Assembly: GCA_036867785.1 (NCBI GenBank)
Contig: CP145413.1
Span: forward strand, 186,001 to 250,000
DNA: 64,000 nucleotides
Origin: Plasmodiophora brassicae
Taxonomy: Eukaryota
Direction: 5' to 3'
Shown here in pieces: positions 13,289 to 25,102 of the stretch (the first letter of the stretch is position 1; every line of letters starts with the position of its first letter). The notes beneath the pieces are model-generated. The model was not told the DNA's origin, did not search any database, and saw nothing but the letters and a program-made list of their open reading frames with translations. Position numbers and translations under genes: made by a program.

Positions 13289-15958
13289 ATGGCGTTGTCA
13301 TCGCCAGGGCATCGACCAGGTCAGGCGGGTGAGGTTCGCGAGGCCGGGTCGTCGCGTTTGCTCAGCGAGCTGGAGCAATGCCGGAACGTGGACGTCGAGC
13401 TGGCCGAGCGGCTGCAGGCGCTGCTGGATCAGCGGCAGGTCCTGATGCAGTCGAGCGTGCTGGCGGAGATCGCGGCGAACAGCCTTGGGCCGGTGGACGA
13501 GTCGCTGAGGAATGCGGCGCCGCTTGTCGCCAAGGTGGGCGGGGCGAACACGCTCGCCACCGCCATCTCCAGTAAGGTCCGCGAGCTGGACTGCGCCCAG
13601 TCCAGGCTGCGTCTCGCTCTCGAACAGGTCGACCTTGTTCTCGACCTGAAAACCGCAATCGAAGCTGTCAGTCCCGCGTTGGGCAGTACGACTCGCTGAA
13701 TTGTCGTTCATGATTGGCGTCAGGTTCGATCAGCGTTGGTGGATAACAATTTCGAGGAGGCTGCGAAGCACACCAGCCGTATGCTGCGACAGTATCGTCG
13801 ACGGAAGGCGGCCTCAGATCTTATCATCGACAACATCGAGGACGATGAAGACGTGTCGTTCCGCGTCCTAATCGGGCTGGAGGCCCAGTTGCGCAGTGCA
13901 ATTCAGGATCGTTTCAACAAGTCCACCAGTGACGAAGAGGTCAGCTCACCTGTGAAAGGTCGCTCACCTCACGGTCCCCATACGTTATTGGATAGACCCT
14001 GCGATATTGCCGGCTGCTGTCCCTTGTTGGCCTGACGGGGACAGGATTGGTCAATTATTGCGACGTTCTTGGCCGCCGCCTGGACGAGCAGCTGAAGATG
14101 CTCAAGTCCAGGAACACACTTGAACGCCTGACGGGCATATTTGACATGATCTCGGACTTCATTCGTGACCACGAGAAGCAGCTCCAGCAGGATTTCGGAC
14201 TGGGAGCGCATTTGCGACTGGCACAGATCATGCAGAAGTGTGCAGACGTGCACGTTGTCCCATTGATCAAGAAGTTCCTTACGCAGCGAAATCTTTCCGA
14301 ACTGGCCAGCCAGCTGAACAGGGCTCCGCGTTCGCCAGGCGCAGGCGGCGCAGAACATCCTGTAATGGATCCTCGCGACCTCGACGTGGTCCTCGATGAG
14401 GTTGCACTTCGTGTTCATTCAGATGCGCCTCCGCTCTAACATGCTCGTCAGATTGCCCGTATCACCAGCGAATGCGAAATGTTCGACATGGACTTGAGAG
14501 CGGCATTTACGCACGGTGCCAATACGATGAAAGAGAACAGCCCCGAGCTGTACGAAGAAATGTCAAAGTCTGAAGACGTACGACGACGGCATGTCCTACC
14601 AAACGTTCTTCATCGCAGTAATCCAGTTGCATAGGGGACGAAAATGGTTGCAGTCAGTGGCATGAACGTGGCTGTCCAAGAGGTCATTGGCCATTACGTA
14701 GCCCTGGAACATTACTATATGGTCAGCAATGTCGAAAAGGCGATGGCGGAACCAAGTGGCATATTGCCTGGGGCTCACACGTCTGTCTTTGTCGATGACG
14801 TGTTCTACATTGTGAAGACGAGCGGTTCCCGTGCACTGAACACGCACAGTATGACCAGCGCTATCGCTGTGCTTAACAACATCAACTCTCTCCTCGAGCA
14901 TACGTACACGTCTTTCATTCGAGATCGCATCCATGTGACTCAAGCTGCTGCGTTGGAAGCAAGCTCTGTGTTCTTCACTGGTCGAGCAGAGCACGACGCG
15001 ACGGTTGCGGAGGAACTCGTTGCCCTTAATAACGCGGATACGAGTGCCCAGAACGTCGTCCTTTTGAAGGAATTCTTCGACAGCGAATTGAAGCAAATTG
15101 GTCCCAAAGGTAATCTGCTGGAATATCAACATGTGGTTCGCTCTCATCGTGCGTGGCTACCTATTGCAGACCCGTATGACGCTATCATTGAGCAGTGTCT
15201 CGTCGACCTGGCGCAAATTGCACGGTTGCTTCGACGAGAGGCATCCGCCGGCATTTCGAAGCACATGAAGTCGATCCAGTCCGACCTGATCCCCTACTGC
15301 GACAAGTTCGAGGCCGTCTCGTACGAGATAACCGAAGCTCAATTCAACGCGTTCAACGTCGATGATCCATACGTCCAAAAGCTGATCATGGCGTGTGAGC
15401 AGTACTTTGAACAGATACGGGTCAGTGATTTGTGCACTCTCGGAGGTCTCTTGTCCTGATTGTCCAGTTGTGTTCAGCCGAACGTTACCAGCAGCGTAAT
15501 GGATGGCATGGTGCTGAACCTTGCCAGCTTTATCGCTACCCGAATCTCGTTAATATGCTTCAACAAAATGTTCACCTTTGTAAGGCAGTTGGGACGAAGT
15601 ACCGTTGTACAACTGATGATAAACGATACTGTCAGCATGGCGGGCTTCAAGTGGACAAGGACGTGAGAAGCCTGATCGCCTTTTTCTCGCAGATGTGCAG
15701 CAAGAGTGTACGGGACAAATTCCTGCGCTTGTCGCAGATTGCCTCGCTGTTGCAACTTTACGACGTAAGCGAAAATCCTAAACGTTACGTCATTCAGGAA
15801 GATATCTAATCACTACGGCGTAGGTTAAGGAAGTTAACGAATTGCGGGTCGAGGCAAGCGATTCCGAATTCTGGAGATTATCGCCTCCGGACGTCAAGAA
15901 GATATTGAAACGGCGGAAAGAATTCTCGCATGAGAAATTTGACGCCTTGTCTATTTAG
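13289..15958 (+). CDS. COG4: Conserved oligomeric Golgi complex subunit 4
   Basis: AISSKVRELDCAQSR, VDDVFYIVKTSGSRAL, GGLQVDKDVRSL, VRDKFLRLSQIASLL and C-terminal WRLSPPDVKKILKRR. Confidence 0.9.
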
Positions 15959-16272
15959 TATATTACACAGCGTAAAACTTCCCATGTCAGCAACACCTGA
16001 CCCAGACTGACAGTTGGAAAACGATGCCCGTACTGCCTTGCTACAATACAGTAGTATCGGCGGACACGTCGTCCAACAGGTAGTGCACGTCGGTGTTTCG
16101 CGGGGGGCCTTGCCTCCCACGCCGGATTCAGGGGCCAACGTCACGCTGGAGACGCGAGACTGGCGTCGATAATTCCTACACACTCGTAGAGCGCGTATAC
16201 GCTCGCAGGTACATGGTACAAACATGCAATATATAAACATGTGGCGATGATCACCTTGGAATGCTGGGAGCA

Positions 16273-18676
16273 TTACGAACTTCGGGTTGACCACATTTTG
16301 CCAGGCTCGTTGGTATAGTCCAGTTCCCGGTTGACCGGAGCAACACAGTACTGAACCTGTAAAAGCTTGGCCCCCCGTAATCCAGTTCCAGTCACTCCGC
16401 ATAGCTCGTCATCGAGATCCTCTTCGTATTGTCCGGCGAGGGTTTCATCCTCTTCCTGAGGCGATACGTAGTCTGGATCTTCGTCTTCCTGGTCCGATGC
16501 CCAGCTCTCGTCAACGGTGCCTAAGTCGGACAATGAGACGGAAACGAGCAAAGCTTGAAGTGCCGTCCGAATACCGTTTGCGTTGAGAGCGCCGATCGCA
16601 ACTGGCGAATTCAGTTGTTCTATAACTGATCGGATTTGTTGCCTCGTATCATCCGTGTCGTTTGGCTTCGGGATGAAGGCGGAACCTGCCCCCAACCTCT
16701 GAGCACGCTCTTTGAGCTTGGGCCTGGATAGCACAGAAGTGAAGGTGCCACAGACGAAATGCCGGACCTGGTCACATTTGTCAGACGTCGTCCTAGACGC
16801 GCTGTTTACACGCTACCTACTTCGGGGCTGTCTATCTCCAGAAGCTTCACGAGAAGCGCGACCATGTCGACCGAACTGTTCTCAATACGAATCTTACAAT
16901 TTGTCCTGAGGGATAAATTGAAAAGCAGCGCCGTTGCAAACTCGATTGTCTCCTCCGATAGGTGCTTGTAATCCGACAGGAGACGTCCGAGGTATTCGAG
17001 AACACCTGCACCAAACGTGTTTGTCCAAACATGGCAACCAACCGGGGACGCCACTCACCCAGGTTGATCATCTGAGTTTCAGGACCACGCCTCATTGAGA
17101 ACTTTTGCAGGATGCATAACGCGTTTAGATGGATGTCCGTGTCTGGACTCGCCGCTCCAGTCATGCATAAGCACAAAAGCGATGCAAGTTTGCTGTGCTG
17201 TAGCAGGTACGATCGCCCACTAGACAGTGGATGTTAGCGCTGAACTTCACCTATGCCGGTCGCACCCGTTTACCTGTAGTAATTTGCGATTGCCGACAGC
17301 AGACGAAGGGCACCGTCTTTCACGAGATCCTCTTCGGGACCCAACAGGCACGTCAACAGGTCCGTTGACGATGGGTCACTGTAAGAGATACAGTTAGTGT
17401 TTCGTTGTGGCAATGCCCAGCGCCTATCTGTACATGGAATCTCTGGGTGGCTTGGGAGCACAATGCAGCAAATCTTGGGAAATATACAGCTCTAGGACAG
17501 CGCGCTTCGCTGACTGGGTCGGCGGCTGTGTGAGGTTCCACCTCAATGCCTGCAGAAGCTCGGCTTTTCGTACGTCAAAAACGGGGCTACAAAGGACCTA
17601 TGCAGGCTGGTGATCAGTCTGGTCATTGCTGCAAAGGACCCTGATCCCTACGCTGGAAATTCGGCCAACATCTAGGTTCGTTACAGGAAATGTGCTGGAC
17701 TTGCCAGATGGCGAACTCCCGGCAGTGTCCAAGGACAGCACATCAAGACCTTCCTGCAAGGAATATTAACACGAAGACACCTTGGGCAGTGCGCGACACA
17801 GTACCTCTTCGAGGAGACGTGACGACGTTGATGTCCCAGAATGGGCAGCCAACTGCTTGTAACTTGCAATCTCCGCGATTTGGTGCGGCTGTTGCCCCTG
17901 CTGTCGACTGAACATCGTGATCAGCAGCGGGGTGCGAACTTTGGCCAGCTTCAGGTTGTCTTCGACGAACGCAAGGTAGTCCATTCGCAGGTCGTCCAGC
18001 CACGACGCCTTCCGACAAGCGTTATAACCAAATTGCGGCATGCCCTCACGCATCCTTACCTTGAACAAGTGCCTAAACGACTCATGCGACATAGGATCAC
18101 TGACAAACGGCAGGGCGTAGAACGGGAGACATTCGCTAGGCACATCCACGCGTTTCGAATACTCCTGCAGGAATTGACGGAACCGCTCCATTGATGATGA
18201 CAGCGACCCGGGGGCGCGCTCCTGGAGGTCGACACGTTAAACGCGCGTCCGCTCGTGCTGTCTCAGCAGCGCACTACCTGCTGAATGTTCTTTAGCTGCG
18301 GATAGATCGCAAAGTAGACATGGAGGTAGAAGCTGAGCCTCGGAGGAGGTTGTGCATCCAGGGTCGTGTCCCAAAGCTCCAGCGTTGCTGCGCATTGCCC
18401 GTCGTCGAATGCCTGCATGACGGCATCCTGCGAACCGATTAACGCGACCTCACTACTCTCCATGGGGTCGTTCCAGCCTACAATCTGGGCCTGCCTGCGG
18501 GTTGCTTCATTGACGCCGGGGTGCACTTGCCGCTCCTGTCGGGAAATGTCGGCCCCCAATGCGCGATATCGCACCCCGGGCCCCCGTACCTCTTTGAGCA
18601 TGTCCGCCGTGCGCGTCAGGCCCTGGTGCTGCAGGTACTCGACGACAGCGGCGTCGATCGTCGCCACGGTATGCAT
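16273..18676 (-). CDS. ARMC9: LisH domain-containing ARMC9 (ciliary/basal-body protein); 3' end approximate
   Basis: LisH IDAAVVEYLQHQGLTRTADML, LSFYLHVYFAIYP, LPFYALPFVSDPMSHESFRHLF, LCILQKFSMRR and IEFATALLFNLSLRT. Confidence 0.85.
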
Positions 18677-19025
18677 GGCGCTGCCGGGCGGGGCGCCTCG
18701 CTGACCCTCCCCCAACACGCCAACCACTGTCAACACAACTAACGTCCGCCCGCGTTCATCCCGAACCGCCGCCGTCCCCCCTCCGGCCAACGTTACCCCG
18801 CGGTCTGCGTTACGAGTTACGAGTCCCGTCAAGGACGTGGTGGTGCCCCCTCACACACCGCGGCGAAACCAACTCTACTAATAGAACGTGCCAGTCAGGC
18901 GCGTGACTGGCTGGCTGCAGTCGCAGGACCAGCGCAGCAGTTCACCTGTGGAAGTGGCCACACGGAGACGGAGCAGTGAGCACAAAAAACAACAACATTG
19001 TCCAGTAGCAATTCATCGGGGGAGG

Positions 19026-20141
19026 TCATCGCGTGCGTTCAGCGAACCGTTTCAGGCGGAGGTCGGTATCGTGGAGGGTGGGCAGGGATGGGATCGCGCC
19101 GAGGGATTCGATGCAGACGCTGGCTGCGGCGCTCGCGAAGCGGAGGCAGTCGACGATGGGCGACCTCCTGCAGTGGGCGACGGCGAACGCTGCTGTGAAC
19201 GTGTCGCCGGCGCCGGTTGTGTCGACGAGCCGTGCGGGTCGGCATGCGGACTGGAACATGGGGTCGTCTGCGCGACGGTCGAAGAAACATGATCCGCGCG
19301 CGCCGAGTTTGACCAGGATGGAGAGGCCATGCCGAAGACGGGTTTGTAGCGATCGGCAGGCAGCGACAACGTCAGCATGACTTGTCGTCGGCAGCCCAGT
19401 CATAGCAGCCAGTTCGGTCTCATTCGGACTGACGATGTCGACGTCCTCCAGCAGTTCATCAGGTGGCATGCCGGAATCGCCGCCCATGTCCAGGATAACT
19501 GGAACGCCGGCGGATCGGGCTGCCCGCGCCGCTTGAATGTTGACCCAGTCGGGGATTTCTCTTTGGAGCAGCAGTGCATCTGAATTCGCGATCGTATCGC
19601 AGGCATTCCCGCTCAAGGCGCCAGGCCAATTGCGGTTCGCGCCCCCGACGAGGACAATAGAGTTGTCTCCCGACGGGAATGAAAAGATGAGCGCCTGATC
19701 GCGAACCTGGATTCAGAACGTGCTGACACAGCGTCGACGACATTCGATACGAACCTGCCCCGAAGGGCCATCCGATTTGGAGCACATTGAGATGCCGACA
19801 CCATTGCCGGTCATCGTCGACGACAGCATGGCAGCGAACGCGTCGTCGCCAAAGCAGCCAATGAATTCGACATCCGCTCCTAAACGACAAGCAGCAATAG
19901 CCTGATTTGCACCCTAGCATTGGAGTCAGGCCACATTCCCGTCCTGCAAAGTGGCTCGCAGACCTTGCCGCCGGGTAGAACCCTGGATTCCCGGCTGGCA
20001 ATTGTCTCCCCGACCGACGGGAGCCTATCTGGAGGCAGTTTCGAAGCGAGCTGAGACGCTGCAGGCAGAACTAGCTGCTGCCCACTGACCGACTGAGACG
20101 AACACGTCCGCATTGACGGAGCCGACGACGACGATCCGCAT
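19026..20141 (-). CDS. RBKS: Ribokinase (PfkB family)
   Basis: MRIVVVGSVNAD, PGGK|GANQAIA, GDNSIVLVGGAN, LLQREIP, PNETEL and VDTTGAGDTF. Confidence 0.93.
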
Positions 20142-20399
20142 GTCAGCGGCCGGCGCCGGATATTATTGAGTGGACGCCTCGCACAACAGACGATGAAGGC
20201 AGTTGGAATTTCGATATCGGCTGCGCCGCCAGAGATACCAACACCATCTCGCGTCGCGTCCAGCGGTAGACCGATGCCTGTGATCCCTCGTCGGCGCCCA
20301 GCATGAAGCGCAGGAGCCGTCAGCGTAACTAATTGAGGGAGCGGCCTGCGGCTGCACTACGTCGGCGGCTTGCGGGCACCGCGTGCGCGGCGATCGGCA

Positions 20400-21399
20400 A
20401 TGCTGTGGCGGGTGCTCGGCGCTCGCCGGCTGTCCCAGCAGGCCAGCGTCGACCAGGGCGAACGCATCGCGAAGTACATTGCTAGATGCGGGTTCGCCAG
20501 CCGGCGGTATGTGGCGTACACGTCCTTGTCGGGATCTGTACACTGATGAGGATCGTCGGCAGCGAGGCGGAAAAGTTGATCGAAGAGGGACACGTTGAGA
20601 TCGACGGCCGCTACGAGATCAACCTTGGCGATCGCGTTTACAAGGACACGGTCGTGCTACTTGATGGGAAAATAGTTCGGCCTCTGCGTCGTGCTAGGCT
20701 GTTTCTGGTACGATGCGGCCCGACGATTGAAACGCACCGCTGATCGGCCGTGCAGTATAACAAGCCTCCAACCGAGATCGTCAGCACGGCTTCGCCGAAG
20801 AAGCAACTGAAAACCGTCTTCGATAGCATTACGAAGAACAAAGGCAACAACAACCTGTGCCTTCCACGTCTCATCGCTGTTGGCAGGCTGGACGTAACAA
20901 CGCAAGGCCTCCTGATCTTAACGTCATCACCTGCGCTGGCCAATCACTTAGAGAGTCCCAGCAATGGCTTCGACCGTGTATACCTGGCGAGGGTTTTCGG
21001 CGAAGTAAGAACTAGCCCACGGAATACGTCTTTCACAACAGCTGACCGTCATGCTATTAGATACAAGAGGAGAGACTCAGAGCCCTGACGCTAGGCGTGT
21101 CGGTCAAAGGTGTCAAGTATAAGCCGATGAGCATTGAAGTTCGTCGTGAGCGCCGACGAAATTCGTGTACGTAGAACCTGAGCACTTCCCGTGTCATAGT
21201 CGAACCGATGGAATCGTCAGGGGTGGAAGTAACGCTTAGCGAAGGCAAGAACAGGGAAGTCAGAAGCGCGCTGGAGTGGGCCGGGTTTACAGTCAGTCGC
21301 CTGATCCGGACCAAGTTTGGCCCGTTCGAACTCGCCGACATCCCCATGGGCGTGCTCAGGGAAATTTCGATTCCAACACATTTACAAAAGTTCAAATGA
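20400..21399 (+). CDS. RsuA/RluB-family rRNA pseudouridine synthase with S4 domain, probably mitochondrial
   Basis: Presequence-like MLWRVLGARRLS, S4 ERIAKYIARCGFASRR, YNKP, catalytic VGRLDVTTQGLLILT, EGKNREVR and LIRTKFGPFEL. Confidence 0.88.
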
Positions 21400-21553
21400 A
21401 CCCTGAAGTTCATCTGGACCCGTAACGTAATGAAGGCACACAATAGCAGACTGGTATATTAGTCCTCAGAAGGCAGTGGTGTCTGACTGGTGACGGAGGC
21501 CTTGCACTACTTGAGGGTGTTGCCAGGAGTTAGTGCTTGGAGTGCGTGCGGCT

Positions 21554-21761
21554 GTAGGCTACTAGTAGCCTACTGGAAGTGCCATGTCTCTGCATGTACC
21601 ATTTGACTACCACAAGCGACACTTGTGGGCAGGAGCAGCTTTGGGGGCAGACGTGATAATTCGGCCGAATTACCCACCTGCTTGAGATCAGGTACAAGTC
21701 TATCTTGTGGCCTGAAGCAGCCGGGGGGCTGATTCGTCCGAATTCCCAGTCGCTTGGGGAA
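21554..21761. other. Intergenic array of back-to-back stem-loops (candidate structured ncRNA or element relic)
   Basis: Perfect palindromes at 21554-21573 (20 nt) and 21657-21672 (16 nt), a 7-bp stem at 21610-21628, and 4-5-bp stems at 21676-21693, 21694-21708, 21718-21731, 21732-21743 and 21743-21761. Confidence 0.35.
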
Positions 21762-21949
21762 CGATTCAGCGTACTCGTTTCAGAGTTCAAAAGCGCGCGT
21801 TGGTCCTGCACGTTTCGTTTTGGCACGTGTCACGCTGGTCGACTGGTACCGCCGCCGCTGGCGACTGGTGTGCGACAGCCCGACGACATTCCTGGACGGG
21901 TTCAGCGCGTTTTTTGCAGGTGGGAATATATCGTCCATCGACGACGCCC

Positions 21950-23335
21950 ATGCGCACGTACGTCGCTGGCGATCTGGGCGGGACGAACTGTCGCCTGATC
22001 CTAGGCCAGGTGGCTTGCACGTGTCAAGCCTATCGGCAGTGCTTTATACTGACGCTGGCGTTGTCATAGCTTGACGATAACGGCGCAAGCACGCACCTGT
22101 TTGAGAAGACGTACAAGTCGCATGAGCACCCGCATCTGATCGTTATTCTTCAGTCCTTCATCCTCGAAGCGCCGTGCAAGGTTGCACCAATCGCGTTGTC
22201 TGTCTGTCTGCCACTCACGCTAGGTCAGGTCCGTCCCAATGTGGCCGGCATTGCCGTTGCGGGCCCTGTCACTGCGAACCGCTACTCCCTGATAACCAAC
22301 TTGAACTGGAGCTTGGACGCCGAGCAGATGTCGTCCCAGCTTAACATTGAGAAGGTGTTCCTGATCAACGATTTCGCGGCTATTGGCTATGGGCTCCTGC
22401 GATTGACGCCTGGCGACCTCGTCAAGATCAACGATGTTCCAGCTCAGCTTGGCGCCCCGATCGCCTGCCTAGGTAGGGCGGGTTGCTTTTCGGCTGCGGT
22501 ACCAGTTACGTAACGCGCGCGTTCGATTGTACATAGGTGCTGGTACGGGCCTTGGGGAAGTGTACCTGACCCACAATGGCCGAGAATACGACGTCTGGTC
22601 TTCTGAAGGCGGCCATGCCGACTTTGCTTCTCGGACGCTCCTCGAGTTTGAGTTGCTTGTGCGTGCAGATGGGGTCCGAACATGACAACTGGATTGCTAA
22701 TACGCCATAGGACTTCATTCGAAAGCGGGCCGGCATCGATCGCGTTAGCGTTGAACGTGTTGTGTCTGGATCTGGACTTCCCGTTATTTATGAGTTCCTG
22801 AAGACGAAGCACAACGAGCTCGTCAGCTCTGCTGTCGAAAACGAACTGGCCCAGGGTGGCGATCCGGGCGAGGTTCGCCTGTCTTCTGTCGTCGACCCTG
22901 ATCCGCTGCTGACCCGTCCGTTTGCTCGCAGATCATTACCCGCCATGCAACCGATGGTTCTGACGTGATTTGCAAGCTGGCGTTCGACCTATGGCTTTCT
23001 GCATATGGCGCTGAGGTCTGGTTGCCGACAGCCGCTTGCCTTCGTTTGCTGACGAACCGCCGCGTCAGGCGGGGAATCTGGCGCTGAGGTCGCTCTGCTA
23101 CGGCGGTCTGTACATTGCTGGCGGGATCGCGCCCAAGGTGATCAAATCGTTCACGTCGTCCGACGACACGTTCTGGCGCAGCATGTGCGCCAAAGGTCGC
23201 ATGAAGGAGGTGATCCAGCGCATCCCGACGTATGTCGTCACGCACCGTAACGTGGGCATGCTGGGCGCCGAGCACGTCTGCCATCGTCTCTGCCGCGGCC
23301 TCGCCGAGAAGGGCGATGGTCTGCTGAAAGGATAA
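21950..23335 (+). CDS. glk: Glucokinase, bacterial Glk (group A) type
   Basis: AGDLGGTNCRL, AGIAVAGPV, LINDFAAIGYG, GAGTGLGE, SEGGHADF, VERVVSGSGL and GGLYIAGGIAPK. Confidence 0.92.
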
Positions 23336-23358
23336 ACCGCCCTCAGTGGCTTCATTGT

Positions 23359-23798
23359 TTACTTCAATGAGAAACTGGACCCACACCCGCAGCTCGACTG
23401 GGAATTCGGGTTCTGGACGACGACGAACCCGGACCGGATGATATCGTCCTCGAAATCAATCGTGGCGCCGCGCACCAGGTCCAGCGACACGCCATCGATG
23501 ACGAGGTCCCGGCCGACCAGCACGTCGTCGTCGCCGTTCTCCGGCTGCCCGTCCGCGAAACTAAACACGTACGAGAACCCTTCGCAGCCACCGGACGTCA
23601 CCGACAGCCGCAACCTCAGGTCCTCCTGCTTCCGATGCCGCCGCAGCATCGCCAACCGCTACACGAGAGATATACGATCACGCTCCGCGTACAGACACGC
23701 GTCGTCCCCAGCCGCACCTTCACGCATTGCTCCGTCAGCGTCAACGGCGCCGACGACGACGCTGACGAAAGCAGACGTCGGGCCGCAATCCGCAGCAT
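23359..23798 (-). CDS. ISCA2: Mitochondrial A-type Fe-S cluster carrier (IscA/ISCA2-like)
   Basis: Presequence MLRIAARRLLSS, one intron, LRLSVTSGGCEGFSY and NPNSQSSCGCGSSF. Confidence 0.9.
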
Positions 23799-24132
23799 AA
23801 CCGATGTCCGCTGATGAGTTCTTCGCAATCGCACCGAGTCAGTCGAAACTCGAAAGTAGACTGCGGGGATGCACGTTTAGACGCCGCCGATGTGCGATTC
23901 TGGGTCCGCCCATCGCCACGTGGTGGTCGCCGATTCTGTTGTCGCTCCGGCGGGGGGCTGACTCGGTGACCGACCCCAATCCGGATTCCGGCGGGGGATC
24001 CCGCCCATTCATCGATCACGCAGCAGGTGACTGCGAACTATGTGCGCGCGCCCTAGTATGTCGCGTCACGTGCGAGGGGCACGCGCGCCTCGTCGTGCTG
24101 GCCAGGATTAGAGCACTAGGACGCAGTTGCCC

Positions 24133-24999
24133 ATGGAAGCGGCATCGGGCACGGTGGCGCACCTATGGGGCGGGCGTGGCATCTATCACGCGCGCCACGA
24201 GTTCCAGGCGGCGTTGCGCCGCGTCTGCACGGTCAAGGACCAGCCGCTGCCGGACCGCTTCCCGGCCTGGGTCGACATGACGTTCGATGAGCTGACGCGG
24301 CCCGCACCGACACCGATCACGCCCGCTGCGCGACCGTCATCCCTGTCGTCGTACTCGATGTCGCAATCGCTGTCGGACGCCGAGCCGCAACCGCAGGCGC
24401 TGGTGTCGTTCCCAAAGTTCTGGGATTACCTGGCCGGCGACCTTCTTTTCGTCGCCTGTGTGGAGCGGAACCCGTCCGGTCTGCCGGTGTACGTCCAGGC
24501 GGCGATCTCACACGGCGAGCACCCGACCAGGGCGGCAGCGTTGAACGGGACCTTCGACGACCTCGTGGGCAGCGTCTTCGAGCGATATGCTACGGCGGGC
24601 CAGTTACGGCTGCCCGAGTTTGGCCAGTTTCTCCAGCATTACCAGTTCGCGTATGGCGCCCTGCGCTCCATGGCGACGCAGACGGCCGACGCGGGCCAGG
24701 TCTGGGACGAATGCTTCGCCCTCGGTCCAGACGATGCCATCACGATCACCGACTTCCGGGTCATCTTCGAACCCGACGGGTTGCTGTGCCCCGACCCGGG
24801 CAGCGAGTGGCGAACGCGACAGGCGCTCGAGTTCCTCGTGCAACCGTCTCGTGTCGAGGTCGAGGTCGCCAACACCGGGCCACGACAGCAGCAACCGCCT
24901 GTCCGGGCGCTACGAAGCGAGGATATCGAGGCACCCGTTGACGTCGGCGGCGTGTCGCAACGGCGGCGGAGACGCTGCTGCTGCCTACGCCTATCGTGA
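24133..24999 (+). CDS. Hypothetical protein with degenerate EF-hand-like pair and polybasic-Cys C-terminus
   Basis: Intronless ORF with VFERYATAGQLRLPEFGQFL and DDAITITDFRVIF; ends RRRRRCCCLRLS*. Confidence 0.6.
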   Translation: MEAASGTVAHLWGGRGIYHARHEFQAALRRVCTVKDQPLPDRFPAWVDMTFDELTRPAPTPITPAARPSSLSSYSMSQSLSDAEPQPQALVSFPKFWDYLAGDLLFVACVERNPSGLPVYVQAAISHGEHPTRAAALNGTFDDLVGSVFERYATAGQLRLPEFGQFLQHYQFAYGALRSMATQTADAGQVWDECFALGPDDAITITDFRVIFEPDGLLCPDPGSEWRTRQALEFLVQPSRVEVEVANTGPRQQQPPVRALRSEDIEAPVDVGGVSQRRRRRCCCLRLS

Positions 25000-25102
25000 A
25001 CTGTCTAAAGTAACTGTCCCAGTTATGGGTGCGGCTGGGGCAGCATGTACCTAAGCGTCACAGGCCGTCGTATAGTCGTCACCCGTTCACTCTGGAAAGA
25101 GC

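Noticed and set aside
21700-21760. GGGGCT and GGGAATTCGG motifs reminiscent of RNase MRP/P P4 strands
   Set aside because: No complementary partner strand at a suitable distance on either strand, so no family was assigned.
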